The notes under the pieces: model-generated | Database searches by the model: none | The model's input: only the letters and a program-made list of their open reading frames with translations | What the model was told of the DNA's origin: nothing | Translations under genes and position numbers: made by a program | Shown here: positions 51,301 through 63,651 of the stretch, piece by piece | Layout of the letters: each line of letters begins with the position of its first letter | Position numbering within the stretch: the stretch's first letter is position 1 | Source of the DNA: Takakia lepidozioides | Taxonomy: Eukaryota > Plantae > Bryophyta | DNA length: 64,000 bases | Assembly: GCA_030704615.1 (NCBI GenBank) | Contig: CM060734.1 | Span: 4,712,001 to 4,776,000 of the forward strand | Direction of reading: 5' to 3'

Positions 51301-54300
51301 AGTTCTAGGCCCTATTGCCGTCCAGGGACTTAGCCATTTTCGGGCTAAGTCCCTAGACTGGCTGGCCCTGAACTGGAAATTCGGCGCCCTTTTCCAGTTT
51401 CTAGGCCGTATTGCCGTTCAGGGACTTAGCCATTTTCGGCTAGTCCCTAGACTGGCTGCCCTGAAGTGGAAATTCGGCGCCATATTCCAGTTCCAGGCCC
51501 TATTGCCGTCCAGGGACTTAGCCATTTTCGGTCTAAGTCCCTACGGTGGCTGGCCAGGAACTGGAAATTCGGCGCCGTTTTCCAGTTCTAGGCCCTATTG
51601 CCGTCCAGGACTTAGCCATTTTCGGGCTAGTCCCTAGGGTGGCTGGCCCGGAACTGGAAATTCGGCGCCGTTTTCCAGTTCTAGGCCCTATTGCCGTCCA
51701 GGGACTTAGCCATTTCGGGCTAAGGTCCCCTAGACTGGCGCTGGCTCTTGAACTGTGAAATCAATTCGGCGCCATTTTCCAGTTCCAGGCCGTATTGCCG
51801 TTCAGGGACTTAGCCATTTTCGGGCTAAGTCCCTAGACTGGCTGGCCCTGAAGTGGAAATTCGGCGCCATATTCCATTCTAGGCCCTATTGCCGTTCAGG
51901 GACTTAGCCATTTTCGACCTCATTGTGTTTTTCATGAATGCAGGTACTGTAAGTTCTCCCTTTGGAGAAAGGTCATCTGTCTTTCGAGCCACCATTCTTC
52001 CTGGCATGGAGGAACCCTGGGGCTGACTCCATGTACACTGACGATATTGTGAAGGAGTGGCATCTGGAACATTTGCGTGATTGCCCTTGGTATGTGGACC
52101 TTCCGCCCGGCTCGCTCGACCCATCCGAGTTTCAATTGAAGCTGGATGCTGAATTCCGACGAAACCGGGCTCCGCTGCCTCCGTTGGGTGCAAAAGAGGC
52201 AAAAGCGCTTGCGAACTCCAGGAAAGCGGCAGAGCTTGCTCAGGCAGGAATTCAGGAGAAATTGCATGAGAAGAGTAAAGGTCAAAGGAAAAGGACAGGA
52301 AACAGGTGACTGCAGTAACACCCAAAAAGAGAAACCATCGGGGCATCGGAGGAGGCGCAGGAGGGGACCCAAGAGAGTGACTCCGACGCGATTTTGTTCA
52401 AGGTCCTGCGACTGCTGTTGCTCCTACCCAGTCCCCGGTCGTCCGGTTTCCCAATCAGTTCGGAGTGGGACTGGCTCTGCCAAGAAGTTGGCATTTGAGG
52501 GCGAGCCTACACGGCGGTATTCGGCGGTGACGTTTACGCACAGGCCAAAGCTAGAACCTCCAACCATCATCCAATGCGTCAATGAGAGCTTCCTTGACGC
52601 TCTCGCTGCCAGGGCGAAGAAGGTGGCACACAACAAGTCTCTGGCGGAGCAGAAGGGGAAAGCCAAGAAGAGGGCTGCCGGTACAGAGCCTAAAGACACC
52701 CCTGGTTTTGAACAGATGGAATTCTTCACGGCTGTGAGCACGAATTGCAAGAGCACTCGGGGGGGGGGTTGAGGTGGAGAGAGCTTGCGACATGATTCTC
52801 CTCGACATTCCAGATGGGGAGCTGCTGGAGGGCCTGGATGGTGTGCCCACCTGGAACAGGTTTACCGAGGACTACTGGAAAGCCGGGTTTGGGCTGGCGG
52901 GGATGCTTCTGGATGACGGTGGATGTGTGGTTGTCCTTGCCACGAGAGGGAAACCACAGAGAATGCGGTGGCAAGGTGGACACCGAAAAGTGTCACCCCG
53001 GTCCTCCTCAGAAAATGGTTCTGCATCAGTACGCAGGGGTTGCGAACAGGGGCCAAAGTGTAAGTTATCAATCTATTGCATTCACTTCATATTGTGGTGT
53101 ATGTTAAGTAGACCCTGGAATTGATCCCTTCTTTGTTGGATGTGCAGACATTGGTGTTTGAGGCATATTGCTTTGTGAAGAAGGGTCTACGTTCAAATTC
53201 CGCAACGACGGTCGTCTTGTTGATGCCGCTGTGGACCCTGTAACCTACGATGTCCTCTACAACTATGTGCCCCACTCTAGTATGCCGAAGGACACAAAGA
53301 CAGGCAAACCGTGGCGGTACAGCCGGACCCGGAGCCCTGCTTTCATCAACCAAACCCTCATGGAGACGTGCTCGGATGTCCAAGGGCGGATTCTGGACCT
53401 CACATGCGGCACGGGTAAGCCTTCACGTGCTCAGTTTGTCCCCTGGCCCCATTGCAATTGCATGCCGCAAGCTATTAACCCGCCCGCTTTGTTCCTCAGG
53501 TGCTTCAATGTGGGCAGGGACGTTGTCCGACAGGCATGTGTTCGCCTTCGAGCCAGATACTGCCCTCCACAACTCGGAACTTGCAGCGGCTGAACGTCTG
53601 CCGAAAAGGAAGAGGCATCCTCGGAGGATGAGGAAAAATCCGAGAAGGAGCAGGGGGAGGAAGCTGGGATCGAGGCCGAGGAGCCCCCGGTTTACGAGTG
53701 AGTGGTGGCATTGTAAGTTGCCTCCAGATTTTGTGAGGCACCTCCCTCCGCTCTCTTATTTCATTGAAAACCCTTTCTGGTTGTGCTGGTATTGACATTC
53801 TTCAAGTGGATTTGTTCTTACTGTAGGATGCCAAGTACTGCCGGAGGGACGTCTACACCGGAGTTCATGGGCAGGAGGAACGTGCCTTTTTTTGCCAGGG
53901 GGATTTCATGCCTAGTCCAGAAAGGGAGTACATCCTTCCTACTTATGCTGCCCGCTTGCTTCGTTGTCCATTAGGAGGTGTTCCGAACGTAGTCGTGTAC
54001 GCAGCAGATTTTTAGACGAGGCAAGCCTCAAGAAAATGAAGATGAGGGAGGAGGCAGCAGCTATTAGAGCCCGTCGGGCTCGTAGATTTGTGTTGGATTC
54101 TGCTGAGGAAAGTGGGGGAGAAGACGCAGAAGATTCCCAGGAGGTGAGGTGGACAGTCCCCCAAGGAGAGGACGGGATTTTTGAGAGGCATAGTGGAACT
54201 GATGCATCACAGAGTTCGGAGGATGAGGGGGATGAGGGATGAGGAAGAAGGTGGGGCAAGTTCCTCGGAGGGTGTAGGAGAGTAGTGCCCATTCCGGCTA

Positions 54301-54310
54301 TGACAGTTAG
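48330..54310 (+). CDS. ParB-like + beta-class DNA methyltransferase fusion, multi-exon (copy E; apparent indels)
   Basis: WDGNHR at 49579; introns at DINS|VTEN (49737-49854), IFR|TKI, WWFQ|VTT, LYR|YCK, GQS|TLV, CGT-G|GAS, VYE|MPS; DIPDG at 52804; stop at 54310. A possible upstream first exon starts at ATG 47763. Confidence 0.78.
51020..51918. repeat. 95-bp intronic tandem array (copy E)
   Basis: Same unit as 22830-23817. Confidence 0.92.
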
Positions 54311-54516
54311 AACACACTTGTATAGACGTGGCTTGCCACAAAATTTGCAATAAAATGTTGCATTTCAAGTCCACTGGTGCCACATTCCAACTTCACATGA
54401 CCCTATTTCCGTGCCTCCTAACCCTATTTCCGTGGGACTCACAATGGTCTGCTCATGCTTTTTTTTTTTCCGCTCATGCTCATGCCGCTCATGAAATAGC
54501 AGCCCCCCTTTGGAGG

Positions 54517-55394
54517 ATACAGGGCCTGTACGAGCTTAATCCCTGATGTCTTAAGATACCTCTAAACATATTGTCTGAGTTCAAAAAGATCCTTCAGGTT
54601 ATTGTGCTGCTTGGTAACATGCCATAGTAGTAAAGCCAGTCTATCCCAGAGCCCATTTTAGGTCTTGGGGCAATGTGTATCTGCTTCAGCAAGTTACTTG
54701 CAAGGTCACAAACAAGTAAAAAAATACATGAAACCAAATGGCCTGCATCAGGCAGCATACATGGGCTAAAAAAAGATTGGGTTCCCTATGTCGTCTTACT
54801 TAGCTGCTTGATATCATCAAGCCACAACATCATACCAGTACTATAAACCGAAATCAAAAGCTCATGCTGGGCTGTAAACAGCAAATCCAGCACCATTATG
54901 TAGTGTAGCAAAAATCAAAGGCAAGAGTCTTTAATAGAAAGTATGTGTTCTATAAAGCTCATCTAATGCACTAATGCTCAATAGAAAGAGTTGGAAGCAT
55001 AGCCAGAAAGATCAAGATATGGGGGCATATTTGAATCAGCTCCCTGAGAACAGCTTGAGTCGACTTCACTTCATCTTGCTAGGTTTCAATCAATTGCAAG
55101 CTTCATGAATCATATTAAGTGAGGGCCCTCACCTGGTCCCATCACAAGCAATCAAAAAACAATGAAGTTAGTGAAGATGTGGAACCCTAGGTGAATATCA
55201 GGCCTCATGCTTGTTATCGCTGTACAACATGCCTTCAAAAGCTAGAAGAGATCACAAGCAAAGCAAAGATAGCCCACAACCTTAAGGGTTTGTGGAAGAG
55301 GATTCGACATAGCTCCAAGAACTCGGCAATCGACAGCACAAACAAGCAACGGTTTGCTGATTTCTATGAGCATTTTATCAGGTGAAGAGACTTC
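54517..55394 (-). repeat. Inverted copy of 58392-59272
   Basis: TACAGGGCCTGTACGAGCTTAAT..GGTGAAGAGACTTC is the reverse complement of GAAGTCTCTTCACC..ATTAAGCTCGTACAGGCCCTGTA. Confidence 0.9.
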
Positions 55395-56329
55395 CTGAAA
55401 GTTTAAGAGCGGCGCTGGATCTTAATGACCATTGAACGGATCGACAAACAATCACAGCATAGGATAGATTGTCCGCCAATGGAAGAGACAACCTCATTGA
55501 GAGAATTGAAGCTCTGCCGCCATTGCATACCCCAAGGGGGATCAAAAGTTACTGGAATCTTGCCAGAGCACTTGCAGGCTGTCATAAAGCTTCTCCATAG
55601 CCATCAAATTCACAAGATTTGTGTTTAAATGAACCCTCTAACACCATCTCTCAGCTCCAACAGAATCAAAACGCACAAGTACTGTGCAGATTTTTAGGGC
55701 AGAGGAAGAGATAGGGCAAACCTTCGCGATTTCATCCAAATTAGATGAAAAACAGGTAATGAGATGTAAAGAACTTCCCTGATTTCATCATGATGTCATC
55801 CAGTAGGGATGGCATCCAAAATAGAGTCTGGCTTTCATTAGGGTTAGTTCTCATGACCAAATCATCCCAAAAAACCCAGCTATCAGAGAATATTCTTTAA
55901 TGGAATTCATCCATTTTCATGATTACATCCAGTATGGATGAAATTAAAATATGGCTTAGACATAATTAGTCCAAGCCTTCCTAGGTTTTGGAAAAAATAC
56001 AAGCAAGTTCCTTGAATAGAGGGAGAGGGAGAGAGGGAGAGAGAGGGAGAGATCAGGAAATCAAAAAAAAAAAAAAAAGGTGGGGAAGGGAGTGACTGAG
56101 CAGCAGCAGCTGCTGTCTCTCCCTCTCTCTCCCTCTGGAGAGTGGGTTCATGGAATTGTTGTCCCAACTTCCATAATTGAAAAATTAAAATTTGGGTTGC
56201 AGGGAATCTGGACGATTTTCATCCAGAATACATCCTCCTCTCTTGGTGAGATTTTTTTTCTTTAAATTTGCACACAAGAGGGACCTACCCCCTCTCTTCA
56301 CTCATACCTCTTCATGAATTTGGAGCTGA

Positions 56330-58392
56330 AGCTCCCAATGGGTGGAACGAGAAGCGTACATGGAATGTGGAGGGAGAGATGGAGGACCTGATGATCCAGC
56401 TATGGAAGCGTCGAACAATCATTTGGGATTTGCCATACTGGAAGGGGCATGACCCCCCCCCCCCAACTCACTTTCTTTCACATTGTGCTTTCTGGAATTA
56501 CCTTTACTGTCAGGAGTCCATAAGGCAACTCGTAAGTGAGTGTAAGTACTATGCAGTAGATGTTGAAGTCATATACCTCACTGTGGAGTGGATGTTGCAG
56601 TTGTTGAAAGCATAATGCAGTAACATGAACAACTTCTTCCACAAGTTATACTATATATGCACATGGAACTTGGTCTTATGGGAGGCAATTTTGCATGGCA
56701 GGACTTGTTGCAGCGGTACCTCCTGGATCCCATGCATTGTGAGAAGAACCTGTGCAAGAACATTCTAAAGACAATCTTTGGGGAGAAGGATACGGTAAAC
56801 GTACGACACGACATGGAGAAGGAAGACATACGGCCACATTTGTGGCTAAGGGCATGATCCCCAAAGACCTGGAAAAGTCCTCATGCCAGCAGCATCATAT
56901 GTCTTCACCAAATCAGAGCAAGAGCGGTTTTTGAAGACGTTGGGAGCCATGAAAGTGCCAACCGGATTCTCGGGTGCTTTCCAGAAGCACGCCATGAACA
57001 AGAAATGGTCAGGGATGAAGTCACATGATCTACATGTGATGATGCAGCAGATTTTGCCAGTGTGCATCTGAGGTACGATGGCAAAGGGTCCTCGAACGGC
57101 CATAATGCGTATAAGTCGAGTGTTTAGGAGGATTTGTGCGAAGGTGTGGGAACTGAGGGAGATTACATCGTTGCGTGAGGATGTGGCTATGACCCTTTGT
57201 TTGTTGGAGAAAGAATTCCCTCCATCATTCTTTGACGTCATGACGCACTTGCTAGTGCATCTCGTAGACGAGAGCTGCATGTGTGTGGGCCCGTAGCCAA
57301 CCGTTGGATGTATCCCATGGAGAGGTACATGAAGGATCTTAAGGGGTATGTACGCAACATGGCACGGCCCGAGGGGAGTATGGCGGAGGGCTACATTCGC
57401 GAGGAAGCCCTGGGCTTCATGACAAAGTATATGTCTTCGTTTGATGCAACACAACGCCAAGTATGGGATGAGAACGAGGAAGAAGGAGTGGAAGGCGAGG
57501 TCCTAGAAGGTTGTCCCACAAAGCGTGTCATGAGCCCTCGCCTCCGGGATGTGGCACATGATTATGTGCTAAACAACACTGTTGTCATGATACCATGGAG
57601 ACAGTGGGTGTCAACTTCTAAGCCCTCCCCTGCTTTTCTATCTAGTCTTTCTAGGCTGGAATTACCTATACTGTCACAAGTCATTTCGGCCACTATGCGA
57701 GTGGCATCATGTACTAAGAGGGTGCTTCAGACAACTACAGAGATTATTTCCTGGGTGCTGTTGTTTTTTGTAAGTGATTGTGAAGTAGGCTGCATCGCTA
57801 CGGTTTTCTTGAAAGGGCTTAGGAGCATGTGGTAAACATGTATAATACGGTGTGTGAAGGTGGACTGATTTCCAGCTTGATGTAGGTTTCTGCTAGGAAG
57901 TACGCAGCGGAGAAGGACTGCCTGAAAGCGGAACGGGTGGCATTTGCTAGAGCATGGTGGAGGAACGGTCGCACGAGGGCCCCCCCAGTTGAATACCCCC
58001 ACAACAATGGAGGAGCTACAACCGTTTGCGGTGTGGGTCAGATTTGCGGTTGCAACATACACATCAGAGAACGAGGTAGAAGAAAAGGACATGGTGAGTC
58101 TGTCGTTCCCCCCGAGTCTGACTGCTACTTCGTACCGGTCAATGAAAGCATATAGCAATCACTATAGAGTGGACGATGCCAACACCCGCCTTCTCGTGAT
58201 TTTTGACAACGGAGTGGCATCAGTTTTTGAACAAGTGAGGAGGAGCTATGCACGAGATCGGAATCCAATTTCATGCCCCTACAATATGTAGGAGTCATCA
58301 AGGAAATCCTAAAACTAGACTATGGTCTTGTAAAGCCAATTCTTTTCCGTTGTTCTTGGGTGAGAGCCAACATGGTGGGAGAGAATGCCATG
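56330..58392 (+). pseudogene. CACTA/EnSpm transposase (TnpD-like; DUF4218/DUF4216 regions), degenerate and truncated
   Basis: IWDLPYW, DPMHCEKN, GMKSHDLHVMMQQILP, FPPSFFDVMTHLLVHL, RWMYPMERYMKDLKGYVRN.ARPEGSMAEGY, VGVIKEILKLDY..FRCSW. Confidence 0.92.
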
Positions 58393-60190
58393 AAGTCTCT
58401 TCACCTGATAAAATGCTCGTAGAAATCAGCAAACCGTTGCTTGTTTGTGCTGTCGATTGCCGAGTTCTTGGAGCTATGTCGAATCCTCTTCCACAAACCC
58501 TTAAGGTTGTGGGCTATCTTTGCTTTGCTTTTGATCTCTTCTTGCTTTTGAATGCATGTTGTATAGCGATAACAAGCGTGAGGCCTGATATTCACCTGGG
58601 GTTCCACATCTTCACTAACTTCATTGTTTTTTTATTGCATGTGATGGGACCAGGTGAGGGCCCTCACTTAATATGATTCATGAAGCTTGCAATTGATTGA
58701 AACCTAGCAAGATGAAGTGAAGTCGACTCAAGCTGTTTCTTCAGGGAGCTGATTCAAATCTGCCCCCATATCTTGATCTTTCTGGCTATGCTTCCAACTC
58801 TTTCTGTTGAGCATTAGTGCATTAGATGAGCTTTATTAGAACACATACTTTCTATTAAAGACTCTTGCCTTTGATTTCTGCTACACTACATAATGGTGCT
58901 GGATTGCTGTTTACAGCCCAGCATGAGCTTTTGATTTCGGTTTATAGTACTGGTATGATGTTGTGGCTTGAATGATATCAAGCAGCTAAGTAAGAGGACA
59001 TAGGGAACCCCAATCTTTTGTTTTTAGCCCATGTATGCTGCCTGATGCATGCCATTTGGTTTCATGTCTTTTTTACTTGTTTGTGACCTTGCAAGTAACT
59101 TGCTGAAGCATATACACATTGCCCCAAGACCTAAAATGGGCTCTGGGATAGACTGGCTTTACTGCTATGGCATGTACCAAGCAGCACAATAACCTGAAGG
59201 ATCTTTTTGAACTCAGACAATATGTTTAGAGGTATCTTAAGACATCAGGGATTAAGCTCGTACAGGCCCTGTATATCTCTCTATACCTCCATGAACGCTT
59301 TGTGATATGGTAAACATTTTGCTAGAGTATATACTTGCTGTACCTGACTGAAGCCAAGTTATGGAACATAATACAATATCTTCTGTTGTGTTCCCTGTTT
59401 ACATACTCTTTAGAAATATCTGCAGATATACAATGTAACCATGGGTGATGAAATTCAGCAATCTGCTGCTTGCTACTCAACACCTTGTTACCACATTTAT
59501 ACAATGGCCCCAGACCTAAACCAGGTCTTGGGGCAAAAAAACAAGGTATGATGTCATACCCCTTATGTGTAAATGTTGTACAAGGATGTCTGCTGCTTTG
59601 ATATGGCCATAAGGTTACATAAAAAACTGGAATTTCCTTTCCAGACTGTCAATGTATTCATGGGGAGTAAATCTAGCAAGGTGAACAAGAATTTCCGCTA
59701 TGAACTGTTGCTAATGTTACATCTGAAACATACACATACATGGGATACATGACTGGTCCCTATTTGGATGAACATTAAAGTGACTCATATAGTGAGGCGG
59801 ATCTTTGTGTAGGAGGTCATATGGTGTGCCAGCCATTGGGCTCTAGGCCAAGTATGTTGTTTACTGCAGGCCCTATGTTTTTCTGGATTTCTTTACAGCC
59901 TGTGATAATCAGTAATCACTTGTTGCTCAAAACCTTTTGAATCCACTTATACACTGGCCCCAGACTGAAACCAGGTCTTGGGGCAAAAAACAAGATGTGT
60001 GGGAATTCCCTTCATGTGTAAATGGTTTAGAAACTGTTTACTGCTCTGATCTGGCCATTATGTTACATAAAAATTGGAACTTCTTCTCCAGTCTGTTAAT
60101 GTGAGCATGGGTGGTAAACTTAGCAAGATAAACATGATTTTCCTGCTATGAATTGTTTCTAATATTCCATCTGAAGCATACCCTTGATTG
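58392..60190 (+). repeat. Contiguous copy of the AT-rich dispersed repeat
   Basis: Left half is inverted at 54517-55394; right half is direct at 5123-6030. Confidence 0.8.
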
Positions 60191-60298
60191 ACATTTTCTG
60201 CCCCCTCTCTCCCTCTCTGGTTTGTTTTGTTTTGTGAGGAGCACAAAAGAGAGGGAGAGGAGAGAGACGACGTATACAGCGGTTCCTGAGGGTTTACT

Positions 60299-61875
60299 CT
60301 AGTGTTTGGTGTGCACATGTGTTGTGTGGTTTTGGACAGTGATGTAGTTGTGTAACGATATGTATGCGCACGACAGCTATCAAGTTATTTTACCACTAGT
60401 GTGAAGTTAGCTAGGAAATAACTAGCTTTTATATATTGCCATTTGGGATTGACCCAAGTGTCAATCCAGGGGCCAATATATGTTTGGGCACCTGATGTTG
60501 TTATCTTCACGACAGATCGCGGTGGGCTCATCTTTTCTCGAGTTGAGCCTCACCGCGTCTAACTATGGCGCCGTGGTGTGGATTCCCCATGGCGTGAGGT
60601 GCACTTGGCTCGACTTAATATATGAGTGATGTTTTCATGTGCAAGTGTGTGAGTTTGAGAGAGCTTGTATGCTTGAATTTCTTTCATTATCATTGTGATG
60701 AACTTGTGACAGCCTAGTGATGGACTAGTGGCTGCACTAGTGGTGGCTAGTGGCAGCCTAGTGGTGGACTAGTGGCTGCACTAGTGGTGACTAGTGGTTG
60801 TCCAGTGGCAACCTAGTGGTGCACTAGTGGTGGACTAGTGATCACTGCCAGGTTTGGGTCAATCCTGCCATCGACATTCGGAAGGTGACATGGCGCACAA
60901 TTACGCACATGGTCCTTCCAAGTTATGCCATCCTGACCCTCCAAGACCAAGACGCCTGAGGGCAAGACCTCTCAAACCCTCAAAATAACACGTCCTGCAG
61001 TCACATCCAAGGTCGTAGGAGCAGTCTGCTGCAGGTAAACATAGTCACCAGGGTTGAATCTCCAAACCCCAGGACGATAGCCCCCACCATGTATGGTAGC
61101 ATACCTCAACGTATCACGGTGTTGTGCAATGGCAAGATTCTCGAAAGCCATGGGCATGACTTTCTTGAACAACTCTGCACGCTGCTCACATGCACGTGAC
61201 CACACGTCCGGATCGTCAAGGTTATTGGTGTGCACATGTGTTGTGTGGTTTTGGACAGCGATGTAGTTGTGTAGCGATATGTATGCGCACGACAACTATC
61301 AAGTTATTTTACCACTAGTGTGAAGTTAGCTAGGAAATAGTTAGTTTTTACATATTGACATTTGGGATTGTTCCAAATGTCAATCCAGGGGCCAATATAT
61401 GTTTGGGCACCTGACGTTGTTATCTTCACGGCAGATCGCGGTGGGCTCATTTTTTCTCGAGTTGAGCCTCACCGCGTCTAGCTATGGCGCCGTAGTGTGG
61501 ATTCCCCATGGCGTGGGATGCACTTGGCTCGAATTAATATATGAGTGATGTTTTCATGTGCAAGTGTGTGAATTTGAGAGAGCTTGTGTGCTTGAATTTC
61601 TTTCATTATCATTGTGATGGACTAGTGGCAGCCTAGTGATGGACTAGTGGTTGCACTAGTGGTGGCTAGTGACAGCCTAATGATGGACTAGTGGCTGCAC
61701 TAGTGGTGGCTAGTGGCAGCTTATTGGTTGGACTAGTGGCTGCACTAGTGGTGACTAGTGGTTGTCCAGTGGCAGCCCTAGTGGTGGACTAGTGATAGAC
61801 TAGTGTTTGGTGTGCACATGTGTTGTGTGGTTTTGGACAGCGATGTAGTTGTGTAGCGATATGTATGCGCACGAC
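60299..61875. mobile_element. Rearranged Gypsy remnant: direct repeats (~60308-60840, ~61227-61800, partial 61800-61875) with a CTAGTGG minisatellite
   Basis: TGGTGTGCACATGTGTTGTGTGGTTTTGGACAG occurs three times; CTAGTGG(T/C) runs at 60710-60840 and 61620-61805. Confidence 0.7.
60850..61226 (-). pseudogene. Gypsy integrase C-terminal fragment
   Basis: AFENLAIAQHRDTLRYA..FNPGDYVYL, then LPSGVLVLEG..KDHVRNCAPCHLP. Confidence 0.65.
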
Positions 61876-62284
61876 AGAAGGTTAAGGGGGTGACATCTGT
61901 TTTTCTATTTTCCTATTTTTTTTTAATTTTTTTTTTTCCATAAATAGATGTAGACAGGGAGGGATGAGGGTTGGGATGGACAGGGGATGCACCTGTGACA
62001 GACTTTGAAAAACAGACAAGTGTCCAGACCATTGTAGGATGATGCTATTGAACAGTGGTTCCAACAATAAACTTTATTTTGAATCTGAAACATATTCGTC
62101 ACTCTCTGAATCACTTTCCTCAACTGGAATAACGGTTGGTTGTACAAATGCCGCTTTAATGGTAGCCAACATAGCCAGCTCTTCTTTATCTAGAGCCGTG
62201 GCACCATCTAATGACCTAGGTATTGGCTGATCTGATAAGGTAGACGGTGCCCGAAGACAATCGAAATCTGCATTTACTCCAATG

Positions 62285-62890
62285 TCACATTAATGTACGT
62301 CCGCCACAATCTTTTTTGCTCTTGGATCCTTCCGGACGAAGGACTACCAGCTTCCACTCCGAACCAGGGGACTCATTCGAAAAGAATACCTGTTCAATTT
62401 GAGATGGAAAGATGAACGGCTCTTCATTTTCGGGTAACATCCTCTCAAAATTCGCAAGTAGAAAACCATACGAATCCCGCTTCATTGTAGCATTTTGTCC
62501 AACGAGGTTGGCCCTCACCCAAGCACAACGAAATACAATAGGGTGCACTCGTCCATAATCCAGTTTCAAGATCTCTTTGATGACCCCAATGTACTCTAAT
62601 GGTGACATGACTAGATTTCTATCACGCACACTATTTCTACTCTGTTGGTGGAAGACAGATGCAACTCCGGAATAAAAAGAGACAAGAAAACGACTCTATG
62701 TGTCGTCCACTCGATAATGATTTCCATATGCATTCATGCCACGAAATGAAGCTGATCTCAATGAGGGGGGATTAGACAAATGAATTACCGTCGTATCCTC
62801 AACACTATGCTCAGAGACATGGGCCTTGACTGCACGGCGTATCAATACCGGTAGGGGTGGAAACTCCAACAAATGGTGAGGGTATTGCAC
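62285..62890 (-). pseudogene. Second CACTA transposase fragment (DUF4216 region)
   Basis: AYGNHYRVDD; YIGVIKEILKLDY..FRCAWV..EPFIFPSQIEQVFF. Confidence 0.85.
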
Positions 62891-63651
62891 CGGAAGGTTG
62901 CGGTGACGTCGATTGACACGCCACTCACGATCACATGCCTCTCTGTCTGCTGTGAACTATGCCTTCTCTGTTGCATACTTTCTATCACAAAATGGCAACA
63001 AGAATGACACATATTAGCAATGAAGTGTTGCATGCTCCTCTCGGCTTTTGACAATTCATGGGGAAAAACATGTATCTTCTGCGGAAGGATATCTGATTCC
63101 AGAGTTGTGTGGTACGATGAGCTCCCAGCTTGTTGGCAGTGCCGTCGGTGCTAAGACCTCTCCCTTGGAGCTTGAAGATGTTGAAGTCAATTGGAGGCAT
63201 AAGTGTAGCCTTTAGGAAGGGTAAATCTAAGGCCTAGCTGACTTTTGATGCTCCGAAAAGAAAAAGAGGGAATTCATAGTGCATGAATTAGTTTTACGTG
63301 GCTAGCTTTATTAGTGCTTAGCTGAAGTTTTTTTAGTGCAACTTCATCAGCTTCGCTGCTGCTTTCTTTCTGCAATCTCTTTGGAATTCTGTCTTTCCTG
63401 CTTATTTCCCCATTGACATTGATCTGTTGGTTCTGAGTGAAACCTCTTTGCTTTTCCTACATGGCCTATTTGTAAGGTTATTTTTTCCTTACTATTAATA
63501 TATTTTCCAGGGCTACAATCCCCCCTCTTCATTGATTTACAAAAAAAATAAAAAAATCGGAAATTGACCATATCTCGTTCCGTTGTGTGTATAGAGAGTA
63601 GTAGGTAGTAACAGAAAGCCCAATCTGGTGGGGGTAATAAAAAACAATGGA

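Larger units (their letters stand above)
46356..54507. mobile_element. MULE copy E (left part lost in the gap)
   Basis: Ends with GCTCATGAAATAGCAGCCCCC at 54507, flank CTTTGGAGG. Carries the whole ParB-MTase gene with no Gypsy insertion. Confidence 0.9.

Noticed and set aside
36232-54310. Bacterial/phage contamination or prophage as source of ParB and MTase
   Set aside because: The genes have conserved GT-AG introns and lie within TSD-flanked eukaryotic transposons nested with plant retroelements.
39452-54507. D and E as the two long TIRs of one giant foldback element
   Set aside because: The outer flanks are not a duplicated target site, and complete elements here have one GGG end and one GAG end.
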